From positions 2,020-66,019 of the forward strand of contig MGTU01000023.1 of NCBI GenBank assembly GCA_001799615.1: 64,000 nt of DNA. The letters run 5' to 3'. Below the pieces are notes generated by a model. The model searched no databases and was not told where the DNA came from. It saw only the letters and a program-made list of their open reading frames with translations. Source of the DNA: Elusimicrobia bacterium GWA2_61_42. Lineage in GTDB: Bacteria; Elusimicrobiota; Elusimicrobia; Elusimicrobiales; UBA9959. Within the stretch, counting starts at the first letter, position 1. The number at the start of each line of letters is the position of its first letter. Both the position numbers and the translations under genes were made by a program. Of the stretch, positions 27,538-35,568 are shown in pieces.

Positions 27538-28109
27538 TTTTTAACGCTGGTGTAGAGGCAGCTCGAGGGCGTCAGGTCCAGGGATTCCGGTTCGGTAAAA
27601 CCGGCTTTTTTGAGCAGGACCTGTACTTCGTCCTCGGAAAGTCTTTCTTTTACCGGCGGGCCGGCGGGGGTCTGGGCTTTCTTCCACTCTATCACGGCCA
27701 GCCTGGCGCCCGGCTTAAGCGCGGTTCCTATGGCCGCCAGGAAGGTCTTCTTGTCGTCCACCTCGTGCAGCACGTTGGCCAGCAGCGCCAGCGTGTAGTC
27801 CGCCTCGGGGACGGCCAGTTTGCCCCGGGTCGTCTGCAGCGTGTGAATGTTAAAGACCCCGGTGGAAGCGGTCTTTGAGCGGAGCTCGGCCAGCATGACG
27901 CCGGAGACGTCCAGCGCGTAGACGAACCCTTTCGGGCCGACCATCCTGGCGGCGGGGATGGAGAAGTAGCCCATGCCGCAGCCTACGTCGAGCACGATGT
28001 CGCCCGGCCTTATGCCGGCCTTGACCAGGGTTTCTTCCGGGGGCATGACGGCGCGCCGCTCCGGGTTGTCCAGCTTGTGTCTTTCTTCGGGGTCGAAAAT
28101 ATGAGGCAT
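27534..28109 (-). CDS. Class I SAM-dependent methyltransferase
   Basis: 191-aa ORF. SAM-binding motif I VLDVGCGMGYF. 4-nt overlap with lnt and abuts the OPT gene. Confidence 0.8.
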   Translation of the reverse strand: MPHIFDPEERHKLDNPERRAVMPPEETLVKAGIRPGDIVLDVGCGMGYFSIPAARMVGPKGFVYALDVSGVMLAELRSKTASTGVFNIHTLQTTRGKLAVPEADYTLALLANVLHEVDDKKTFLAAIGTALKPGARLAVIEWKKAQTPAGPPVKERLSEDEVQVLLKKAGFTEPESLDLTPSSCLYTSVKK

Positions 28110-30299
28110 TTAGGCCGCCTTCCTGTGCTTTTTGCGCGCTATCAGGTACAGGGCCAGCGCCACGCCCAGGTAAAGCGCCGTCGAGAGCACGGCTTCGAAA
28201 GTGAAACTGCCGTCGTAAGGGCTGCGCAGCGCCAGCTTTTTATCCCAGCCCAGCACTATGAGGCCGGCTATGCCGATGCCCATCAGCGCGTCGCCGGCTA
28301 TCAGGCCCGACGAGAACAGCGAGCCGGGATCGTGTTCTTCCTCGGGCGCGCCGCCCGCCTTGCGCGACACCACCCAGGCTATGAAGCCGCCCAGCAGGAT
28401 CATGGGCCAGTTGGTGATGGGCAGGTAAAGCCCGATGGCGAAAGCCAGCGCCGAGACGCCTGCCAGTTCGCAGACGAGGCCTATCGCGCCGCCGAGGCCC
28501 AGCAGCAGCCAGGGCAGGTTGCCGCCGGTGGCGCCTTCCACCAGTTTGGCCATCAGCTGGGCCTGCGGGGCTTCCAGCGCGTTGGGGTGCTCAGGGGTGG
28601 CCGCGCCGAAACCGAAGGCCACGTAGAGCAGCAGCAGGATCGAGCCCGAGCGCACGGCCGAGACCAGCGCGCCGGCCACCTGCGCTATCTGCACCTTCCA
28701 GGGCGTGGCGCCGATGAGGGCCGCGGTCTTGAGGTCCTGCGAGAGGTCGCCGGAGACGGAGATGGCTATGCAGACCATGGCGCCGGCCATGATGGCGGCT
28801 ACCTTGGCGGTTTCCTTGTCGTGCCCGAGGGCGATGAACAGCAGGGTAAGTGAAAGCAGCGCCGTGATGGTCATGCCGGAAACCGGCTGGTTGGTGGTGC
28901 CGATGAGGCCCACCATGCGCGCGCTGACGGCCACGAAGAACATGCAGAAGATCACTACGGCCAGGGATTCCACGAAACTGAGGCCGAAGACGGGAGTGAG
29001 CCAGATGACCAGGAACATCGCGGTGACGCCGGCCAGCACCAGCGGCAGCGGGGTGTCCTGCTCGATGCGCAGGAACTTGTGGCAGACCTTGGCGGCGCCG
29101 CGGGCGATGGCCCAGAAGGAGAGGCCGAGCGCCAGCGCCCCGGCGGACCCGGCTACGAAGACGCGGGTGACTATGCCGGCGAAGAGGCGCAGCACGGGGT
29201 CCCAGGTTTCCGGCCCGAGGGACCAGGGGATCTCGAAGGCGAAGATGCCGATGATGGCGCCCAGGGCGCCGCCGGCCCAGACGATGTAGTTCTGCTCGAA
29301 ATCTTTTTCCCCCTCTTTCTGCGTGCCTTCGCGCGCTCCGGCTTTTACGGTGAGGGCGGCGATGCTGCCGCGCACGGAGGAAATGATGTCGGGCAGCGAG
29401 CGGATGACGCTGATGAGGCCGCCGAAGGCGACGCCGCCGGCGCCTATATATTTGACGTAGTTGTTGCGGATGTCGGCGGTGGTCATGTCGGCTATGGGCA
29501 CGAGGCCCGGGGCGATGATATTGCTGCCGCCGAAGGCGTTGATGGCGGGGATGAGCACCCAGTAGCCCAGGGCGCCGCCGGCGAACATGACGGCGGCGAT
29601 GCGCAGGCCGACCAGGTAGCCTACGCCGAGGAACAGCGGGGAGATCTCGTAGCCGAAGCCGGCTTTATTGAGGGAGGCGAAGCTCCAGGAGATGGTGTCG
29701 CGGAACAGCAGGAAGCCGCTCATGACGAACTTGAAGAGGCCGCCGGTGAGGATGCCGGCGAAGACGGGCTTGGCCGAGGCGCCGCCTTTGTCGCCGGCGA
29801 TGAGGACCTTGGCGCAGGCGCTGCCCTCGGGGAAGGGCAGGGTCTTGTGCTCTTTGACCATGAGCGAATGCCTGAGCGGGATCATCATGAGGAGCCCGAG
29901 GACGCCGCCGGTGAGGCCGAGCAGGAAGACCATGGAGTTGGTGATCTTGCCGCCCATGAAGATGATGGCGGGGACGGTGAAGATGATGGCCGCGGCCAGG
30001 GATTCGCCGATGGAGGCGAAGGCATGGACGGCGTTGTTCTCGAGGATGGTGGCGTTGCGGCCGAAGAACCTGGGCAGGACGATGCGCAGCACCGTCATGG
30101 AGATGATGGCGGACGGGATGGAGGCGGAAACGGTCATGCCGATCTTGAGGCCGAGGTAGGCGTTGGCGCCGTTGAAGACCACGGAGAGGATGAAGCCGAG
30201 GACGACGGCCTGGACGGTGAATTCCGGGATGGTCTTGTCGGAATCGATGTAGGGTTTGAACTGGTAGTCGCCCTGCGCGCTCAATTTTTTCTGTTCCAT
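28110..30299 (-). CDS. OPT-family oligopeptide transporter
   Basis: 729-aa polytopic ORF. N-terminal block TVQAVVLGFILSVVFNGANAYLGLKIGMTVSASIPSAIISM is typical of the bacterial OPT family. Confidence 0.85.
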   Translation of the reverse strand: MEQKKLSAQGDYQFKPYIDSDKTIPEFTVQAVVLGFILSVVFNGANAYLGLKIGMTVSASIPSAIISMTVLRIVLPRFFGRNATILENNAVHAFASIGESLAAAIIFTVPAIIFMGGKITNSMVFLLGLTGGVLGLLMMIPLRHSLMVKEHKTLPFPEGSACAKVLIAGDKGGASAKPVFAGILTGGLFKFVMSGFLLFRDTISWSFASLNKAGFGYEISPLFLGVGYLVGLRIAAVMFAGGALGYWVLIPAINAFGGSNIIAPGLVPIADMTTADIRNNYVKYIGAGGVAFGGLISVIRSLPDIISSVRGSIAALTVKAGAREGTQKEGEKDFEQNYIVWAGGALGAIIGIFAFEIPWSLGPETWDPVLRLFAGIVTRVFVAGSAGALALGLSFWAIARGAAKVCHKFLRIEQDTPLPLVLAGVTAMFLVIWLTPVFGLSFVESLAVVIFCMFFVAVSARMVGLIGTTNQPVSGMTITALLSLTLLFIALGHDKETAKVAAIMAGAMVCIAISVSGDLSQDLKTAALIGATPWKVQIAQVAGALVSAVRSGSILLLLYVAFGFGAATPEHPNALEAPQAQLMAKLVEGATGGNLPWLLLGLGGAIGLVCELAGVSALAFAIGLYLPITNWPMILLGGFIAWVVSRKAGGAPEEEHDPGSLFSSGLIAGDALMGIGIAGLIVLGWDKKLALRSPYDGSFTFEAVLSTALYLGVALALYLIARKKHRKAA

Positions 30300-30317
30300 G
30301 GTCTCCCGCCGGCTGCT

Positions 30318-31487
30318 TTAATTTTTCGCGTACTCTTTCTGCGTCCAGCTGGAGATCACTTTAAGGGTCAGGCGGGCGCAGCCGAAGAAATCCTTGAGGT
30401 CCAGGTATTCGTGGGTGGTGTGGACGTCCCTCATGCCGGTGGACAGGATGGGGGCTTTGATGCCGTGGCCGTAGAGGATGTTGCCGTCGGTGCCGCCGCC
30501 GGAGGCGGAGGGCTTCATCTTCAGGCCTTCCTCGCGCAGGGCGGCGGCGATCATGGCGAGCACGGGGTTGGCTTTGTCTATGCGGAGGTTGGGGAATTTC
30601 TGCTCCACCAGGAATTCGTAGCGCGGGGTCACCAGTTTTCCGTCGGCGCGGATCCTTATCTTTTTGACGGCCCGCTTCAGGCAGTCTTCCATGTGGCGGG
30701 TCTGTTTTTTGAGCTTGGCGGGGTCGTGGCTGCGGGCTTCGCCCGAGAGCTCTACCAGGGGCGGGATGATGTTTATGGCGTTGCCGCCGGAGATGAAGCC
30801 GATGTTGGCGGTGGTCTCGCTGTCTATGCGGCCGAGCTTCATGCCGGAGATGGCGTCGGAGACCACTTTTATGGCGGAGATGCCTTTTTCGGGGGCTACG
30901 CCGGAATGGGAGGCGGCGCCGTAGACTTTGATCTCCATGGCGTCGGCGGCGGGGGCGCTGGTGATGACGTTCTCGAGGGCCTGCTCGTTGTCGAAGATGA
31001 GGCCGTAGCGCGAGCGCAGCTTGGAGTAGTCCAGGAACTTGGCGCCCATGAGGGCCATTTCCTCGCTGATGGTGAAAACGGCTTCTATGGGCGGGTGGGG
31101 TATTTTGTTCTCGTCCAGGGTTTTTATTACTTCCAGTATTATGGCTATGCCGGCTTTGCAGTCGGCGCCGAGGATGGTGGTGCCGTCGGAGGTGATGCGG
31201 TCCTTGCTTACCTGGGGGCGGACGTTGTCGGCGGGGCCGACGGTGTCCATGTGGGCGGACAGGAGGAAGGGTTCGCCGGGGGCGGTGCCGGGGAAGCGGG
31301 CGAGCACGTTGCCGGTTTCGCCGCCTATTTTCTTGCCGGCGTCGTCGATGAAGACTTCGGCGCCCATGAATTTGAGGAGTATGGAAAGGCGGCGGGCGAT
31401 GGCGCCTTCTTTGCCGGAAAGGGAGGTGATGCGAGCCAGGTCGCAGAACAGCTGCACCATCCGCTTCTCGTTAATGGCCGGTGTCAT
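30318..31487 (-). CDS. M20-family metallopeptidase (PepT-like tripeptidase)
   Basis: 389-aa ORF. SAHMDTV, GADCKAGIA and ISEEMALMG metal-ligand contexts as in peptidase T/M20B. Immediately upstream of the OPT transporter. Confidence 0.8.
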   Translation of the reverse strand: MTPAINEKRMVQLFCDLARITSLSGKEGAIARRLSILLKFMGAEVFIDDAGKKIGGETGNVLARFPGTAPGEPFLLSAHMDTVGPADNVRPQVSKDRITSDGTTILGADCKAGIAIILEVIKTLDENKIPHPPIEAVFTISEEMALMGAKFLDYSKLRSRYGLIFDNEQALENVITSAPAADAMEIKVYGAASHSGVAPEKGISAIKVVSDAISGMKLGRIDSETTANIGFISGGNAINIIPPLVELSGEARSHDPAKLKKQTRHMEDCLKRAVKKIRIRADGKLVTPRYEFLVEQKFPNLRIDKANPVLAMIAAALREEGLKMKPSASGGGTDGNILYGHGIKAPILSTGMRDVHTTHEYLDLKDFFGCARLTLKVISSWTQKEYAKN

Positions 31488-31806
31488 ATGTCTATTATTT
31501 AAATTTTAAAGCGCGTTTACAATGGCTATTCTGTAAGGAAGCCGGGCGAAGCTAACTTTGCTTTGGGTAACGGGCCGCGAGATGCGAAGTCGGTGCCCGC
31601 CGGGGGCATGGCCCCGCCCACCCGGACCGAGGAAACACTACAGTGTCCGTAGCGACATTGAAAGCGTAGTCCACGCTTGCGTCGGTTTCCCCCCGCCTTT
31701 CGGAATTTATGGCGGGGCCCCCCCATCCGCAAAGGGTGCGCGAAACAAAACCCCGGCCGGCCCCCGCCCAGCCCCTCCGGTTTAGTGAACGTTGGTGCGT
31801 GTTGTT

Positions 31807-32646
31807 TTATTTGCGGGTTGCTATGGCGATCAGGCCGGCTCTTTGTTTGGTGCCGGGGCCGCCGGGCATTATGTCGCGGTCGAAATCTTCGCAGAGGTCC
31901 AGGAAGGTTTCCATGGCCCGGGGGTTCTGTTTCACGAAGTCTATGGTGTCCTTGCCGGCCAGGTTGGCGAGGGAACCCAGGCCGCGGCACGTTTTTACTT
32001 TGAAGCCGTTGGCGTTTATCAGCGCCGACAGTTCGGACGGCAGGAAAGCCTGCAGGGTGCCGAAATAGCCCGGGACTATTTTCTTATTGTGGGGATGCTG
32101 GTCGTAATGCCAGAAGCCGTCTTTGATCATGGCCTTTACCGCGGGGACCAGTTTCTTGAATTTCGGGAAGGTGCTGCCTACCCAGACCGGGATCAGCCAG
32201 GCTTTGTTCGAGGCGGTGATGAGCAGCTTTTTGCGGCAGATGCGGCAGGTCTCTTTTATGGACTTTTTCGCGTCTTTGCCGCAAAAGGAAACGGCGCCGT
32301 CCATGTTCAGGACCAGGTCGAACGTCCTGTCCCGGAACTGGCGGAGGTCGGCGGCGTTAGCCTGCGTGAATTCTATATTTTTGAGCCCCTTGGCTTTTGT
32401 CTTAGCCAGGGCTATGGCCGCAGCCGAGAAATCTATGTGAGTGACCTGGTAGCCGCGTTTTGCCAGGGGTATCGTGAACGCGCCGGTGGCGGCGCCTACT
32501 TCCGCTATGGTCTTGACGCCTTTAAGGCTTCTTTCTATCTCGCGCCAGCGCAGCGCCCGGTTGACGGCTTCGTCGGCTATGTCGCGCTCTTCTCCGGCCG
32601 CCTTGTTCTCCCACCAGGCCTGTTCTTTTTTAAAATCGGGTTTCAT
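31807..32646 (-). CDS. Class I SAM-dependent methyltransferase
   Basis: 279-aa ORF. SAM motif I IAEVGAATGAF. TATACT box 6 nt upstream of the ATG. Confidence 0.8.
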   Translation of the reverse strand: MKPDFKKEQAWWENKAAGEERDIADEAVNRALRWREIERSLKGVKTIAEVGAATGAFTIPLAKRGYQVTHIDFSAAAIALAKTKAKGLKNIEFTQANAADLRQFRDRTFDLVLNMDGAVSFCGKDAKKSIKETCRICRKKLLITASNKAWLIPVWVGSTFPKFKKLVPAVKAMIKDGFWHYDQHPHNKKIVPGYFGTLQAFLPSELSALINANGFKVKTCRGLGSLANLAGKDTIDFVKQNPRAMETFLDLCEDFDRDIMPGGPGTKQRAGLIAIATRK

Positions 32647-32768
32647 AAAAAAAGTATATCAAAAAGCGGAATAGGCCGATGGGCCCAGAAGGATGCGGGG
32701 CTTTAGGCTCTCGCGCGGGGGCGGCGCCGGCTGTATAATATCCGGGATAGACACCCCGGTGGAGGACT

Positions 32769-33491
32769 ATGCGCAAACTCGCTTCGCTGTTCGCTCTGTT
32801 CCTGCTTATCCCTTTTTCGGTCAACGCGGCGGCCCCGGCGGCCGCTTCCGACGGCGCTCTTACGGGCGCCGTCGCTTTCATGGGCGACGGCGGGGACGGC
32901 ACCGGCGTCTGGCTGTCCGAGTGGCTGAGGGCCCGAGGGGCCAGGTACGAGTTCAGCGCGGCTATCAGCGGCACGAGCGCGCGGCGCATCGACGCCGGCG
33001 CCGGCAAGCCTGTGCCGGTGCTGCTTCTTAACGAGAGCCTGAAGGGCGACGGCAAAGCCTACGCTTATTACGCGGTGCTCCTGGCCAGGGAGGCCGGGGA
33101 GTTCATCTATATGAACGTGCCCGAGTCCGCCGAAAAGCGCTACATGGTCTACGCCTGCATGGCGGAAGTTTATTTCGAGCTGTACGGCACCCGTATGGAC
33201 CTGCCGGTGATAGGCGGGGTAAAGGACGAAGAGGCCGCGGCGCAGATAAACGCCTGGGTCTGGGACGGCCCGGACAGCGGCCCCGACTCGATCGCCCGGG
33301 AAGGGAAATATAAAACCCTGGCCGCGCTTGCCGGCGAGGCCCGGTTGGCCATCGAGCAGGCGAAGCAGGACGGCAAGGACACGGCCGCGCTTGAAAAGGA
33401 TCTCAGCTCGCTCGAGAAAGCGCAGGCCTATTACGCCAAGGAATTCTGCCAGCAGGAGAAATACTGGTGGACCCTTTACAAGCCGGGATAA
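32769..33491 (+). CDS. Hypothetical secreted protein
   Basis: 240-aa ORF with GGAGGA RBS. Signal peptide MRKLASLFALFLLIPFSVNAAAP. Balanced composition, unlike the Arg/Gly/Pro-rich antisense ORF 32703-33503. Confidence 0.6.
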   Translation: MRKLASLFALFLLIPFSVNAAAPAAASDGALTGAVAFMGDGGDGTGVWLSEWLRARGARYEFSAAISGTSARRIDAGAGKPVPVLLLNESLKGDGKAYAYYAVLLAREAGEFIYMNVPESAEKRYMVYACMAEVYFELYGTRMDLPVIGGVKDEEAAAQINAWVWDGPDSGPDSIAREGKYKTLAALAGEARLAIEQAKQDGKDTAALEKDLSSLEKAQAYYAKEFCQQEKYWWTLYKPG

Positions 33492-33509
33492 GGGCCTCCC
33501 CACCCGCTT

Positions 33510-33550
33510 AAAAGAAAACCGCCGGGCGATCCCGGCGGTTTCTTATTTTA
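33510..33550. terminator. Bidirectional intrinsic terminator
   Basis: CCGCCGGG-cgat-CCCGGCGG hairpin (33519-33538), flanked by an A-rich run upstream and TTTCTTATTTT downstream. Lies between convergent genes. Confidence 0.6.
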
Positions 33551-33562
33551 AAGGCCGGCCGC

Positions 33563-34693
33563 TTATTTCAGGCTTTCGAGGATCAGTTTGCCGTTGGCGC
33601 TGTCCACCCGCACTATGAAATGGCTGAGGAAGGACATGCCCAGCAGGCCGTCTATGCCGCCGGCGGTGGGCGGCAGGATGGTGGCCATCGTGCCTTTGAC
33701 CACAGACTTCCCTACGGCTATGGATTCCAGGAGGATCTCCGGCGCCTCTACCGTGCGCCCGTCCCCCATGGTTATGTGCGCCGTCCTGGACAGGGCTTGA
33801 GGCGTCAGTTTGAGCGCGTCCGCCACATTACCGTAAAGCACCGTGGAAGTGGCGCCGGTATCCACCATCAGCCTGGCGCTTACGCGCCCGTTCAGCAAAA
33901 CTTTCACGATAAGGTGCCCGGACACCGTCTCCGATTCTATCGAATCAGCCTGGAAATCCCGCTTCATCCTGCCGATGTCGCCCAGGACGCAGCTGAAGTA
34001 GGCTTCGTCCTGCCCGCTCCTTGAAGCTTCGGCGAGGGGTTTGCCTTCGCCTTTGAGATAAGCGTCGAGAGCGCCGTAGGCGTCCAGGTAGGTCTGAAAG
34101 GAGTCGTCGGATTTGTCCGCCTGGCGCCGGAGTTCGTCGCGGCTGAGTTCTTTCGCCCTTATCCGGTCGGCGAGGCCGTTCATTTCCCCGGCCACCTGGA
34201 TGTATTCGGTGTGGTCTTCCACCGCGTCCGTTCCGGCAAGTTCGCGGGAAGCCGCGCGGTAGCGCGCAGTGAGCTCGGTCAATTCCCTTTCTGTTCCCTT
34301 CAGCTCCGCCACCTGCGCCGCGCGCCGGGCTTTGGCCTTCAGGGCTTTCTCGCGGGCGGTTCGGGCGGCGCGGAACAGGGCGGCCAGTTTTTCCGCGCCC
34401 TTCGGCACCAGCTGACCGGACCTGAACTTGCTGGTCAGCAGTTCTTTCCTCGCCGTTTCCTTCTGCGCCCTGGTGGCGCGGCGGACTTTAGCGATGTCGG
34501 CTTTTTTAAGGTCTACCGTGCCGTAACCGATATCCACGACCACCAGGGAGGAGTTCTCCGAAACCACCGTTCCTTTGATCTCGCTGCCGCTTTTCATGTA
34601 AAAGGTATCCGCCCCCGCCCGGGCGCAGACCAGCAGCAGCAGCGCCGCGGCATAATGTGAAAGCAGGAGGGGCCCTTTGGGAAACATGTTCAT
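33563..34693 (-). CDS. Secreted retropepsin-like (clan AA) aspartic protease with coiled-coil N-terminal region
   Basis: 376-aa ORF. Signal peptide, SH3-like/coiled-coil middle section, C-terminal LIVKVLLNGRVSARLMVDTGATSTVL (D-T-G-A catalytic motif). Promoter geometry favours the alternative start ATG 34687. Confidence 0.75.
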   Translation of the reverse strand: MNMFPKGPLLLSHYAAALLLLVCARAGADTFYMKSGSEIKGTVVSENSSLVVVDIGYGTVDLKKADIAKVRRATRAQKETARKELLTSKFRSGQLVPKGAEKLAALFRAARTAREKALKAKARRAAQVAELKGTERELTELTARYRAASRELAGTDAVEDHTEYIQVAGEMNGLADRIRAKELSRDELRRQADKSDDSFQTYLDAYGALDAYLKGEGKPLAEASRSGQDEAYFSCVLGDIGRMKRDFQADSIESETVSGHLIVKVLLNGRVSARLMVDTGATSTVLYGNVADALKLTPQALSRTAHITMGDGRTVEAPEILLESIAVGKSVVKGTMATILPPTAGGIDGLLGMSFLSHFIVRVDSANGKLILESLK

Positions 34694-34792
34694 TTTTTAG
34701 CATTTCCGTCCGCCATTGGCAACGCAAATCGCGCCCGCGCGCCGGGCGGAGTCCGCCTTGCGGCCCTATACCTAAAGGGTTATAATTAAATC

Positions 34793-35509
34793 ATGAACTT
34801 AAGAAAAATACACCTGCTCCTGCTGGCCTCCGCGCTGGCCCTGGGCGCCTGCGGCCATAAGAACCTGAACACCGCGGCGAACAAGGCTCACGCCGCGGCC
34901 CCGGTTTATTACGTAAACCCCGAACCTTTTAAAACGTTGCAGTTCGCGCCTCCCCCCGCCCCCGGCTCGGCGGAGCAGCAGGCGGATATCTCGGCCATCC
35001 TGGCGTGGCAGAACAAGCGCACGGAGGCCGATTGTTATAAGTCCTCGGTTACCGCCCAGGAGACCTACGATTCTTTCTGGGGCGCCAGGAGCCCCTTCGC
35101 CGAACCGCTGCCGGCCGAGGTCAAGGCCTTTTTCGAGCGCGTCGCTTCCGACCTGGAAGAGGCCGTGACGGAAATAAAGAACCGCTACCGGCGGCCCAGG
35201 CCCTACATGGCCTACCCCGACGAAGCGAAGCCCTGCATAAAGAAGAGCAAAGGATTCTCCTACCCCAGCGGACATTCCACTTTCTCCCGGGTTTTCGCCA
35301 ACGTGCTGACGGACATTATGCCGGACAGGAAGGCCGAATTCTTCGCCAAGGCCGACGAGATCGCGCAGGACCGCGTTATAGGCGGCGTGCATTTCCCCAC
35401 GGACATAGCCGCCGGCAAGGTTTTCGGCGATCTCTACCACTCCGACCTGCTGAAGTCCGAGGCCTACCGCAAAGATATAGAAAAAATGAAAGCCCTGCTG
35501 GTTAAATAA
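34793..35509 (+). CDS. Class A acid phosphatase (PAP2 family)
   Basis: 238-aa ORF. Lipoprotein-like signal (LLASALALGAC). PAP2 motifs KNRYRRPRP, YPSGHS and SRVIGGVHFPTD. Confidence 0.85.
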   Translation: MNLRKIHLLLLASALALGACGHKNLNTAANKAHAAAPVYYVNPEPFKTLQFAPPPAPGSAEQQADISAILAWQNKRTEADCYKSSVTAQETYDSFWGARSPFAEPLPAEVKAFFERVASDLEEAVTEIKNRYRRPRPYMAYPDEAKPCIKKSKGFSYPSGHSTFSRVFANVLTDIMPDRKAEFFAKADEIAQDRVIGGVHFPTDIAAGKVFGDLYHSDLLKSEAYRKDIEKMKALLVK

Positions 35510-35520
35510 CGGCACAGGCG

Positions 35521-35557
35521 AAAAAAAACCGGAGGCCCCTGCCTCCGGTTTTTTTTT
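35521..35557. terminator. Bidirectional intrinsic terminator
   Basis: AAAAAAAA-CCGGAGGC-ccct-GCCTCCGG-TTTTTTTTT between convergent genes. Confidence 0.8.
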
Positions 35558-35568
35558 GGTCTGCCGCT

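Noticed and set aside
31488-31806. tmRNA, RNase P RNA or SRP RNA in the long structured intergenic region.
   Set aside because: Short resemblances exist: ACTACGCTTT as in tmRNA tag regions, AAAGGGTGCG as in RNase P, AAGGAAGC as in SRP. But there is no tRNA-like acceptor/T-arm, no GGAAAGTCCGG or ACAGAA.CCGGCTTA RNase P core, no GGAA-tetraloop SRP helix 8 context, and no plausible tag ORF ending in a stop.
32703-33503. 266-aa minus-strand ORF as the real gene instead of 32769-33491 on the plus strand.
   Set aside because: The minus-strand translation is Arg/Gly/Pro/Leu-rich with no signal or motif. The plus-strand ORF has a GGAGGA RBS, a clean signal peptide and balanced composition.
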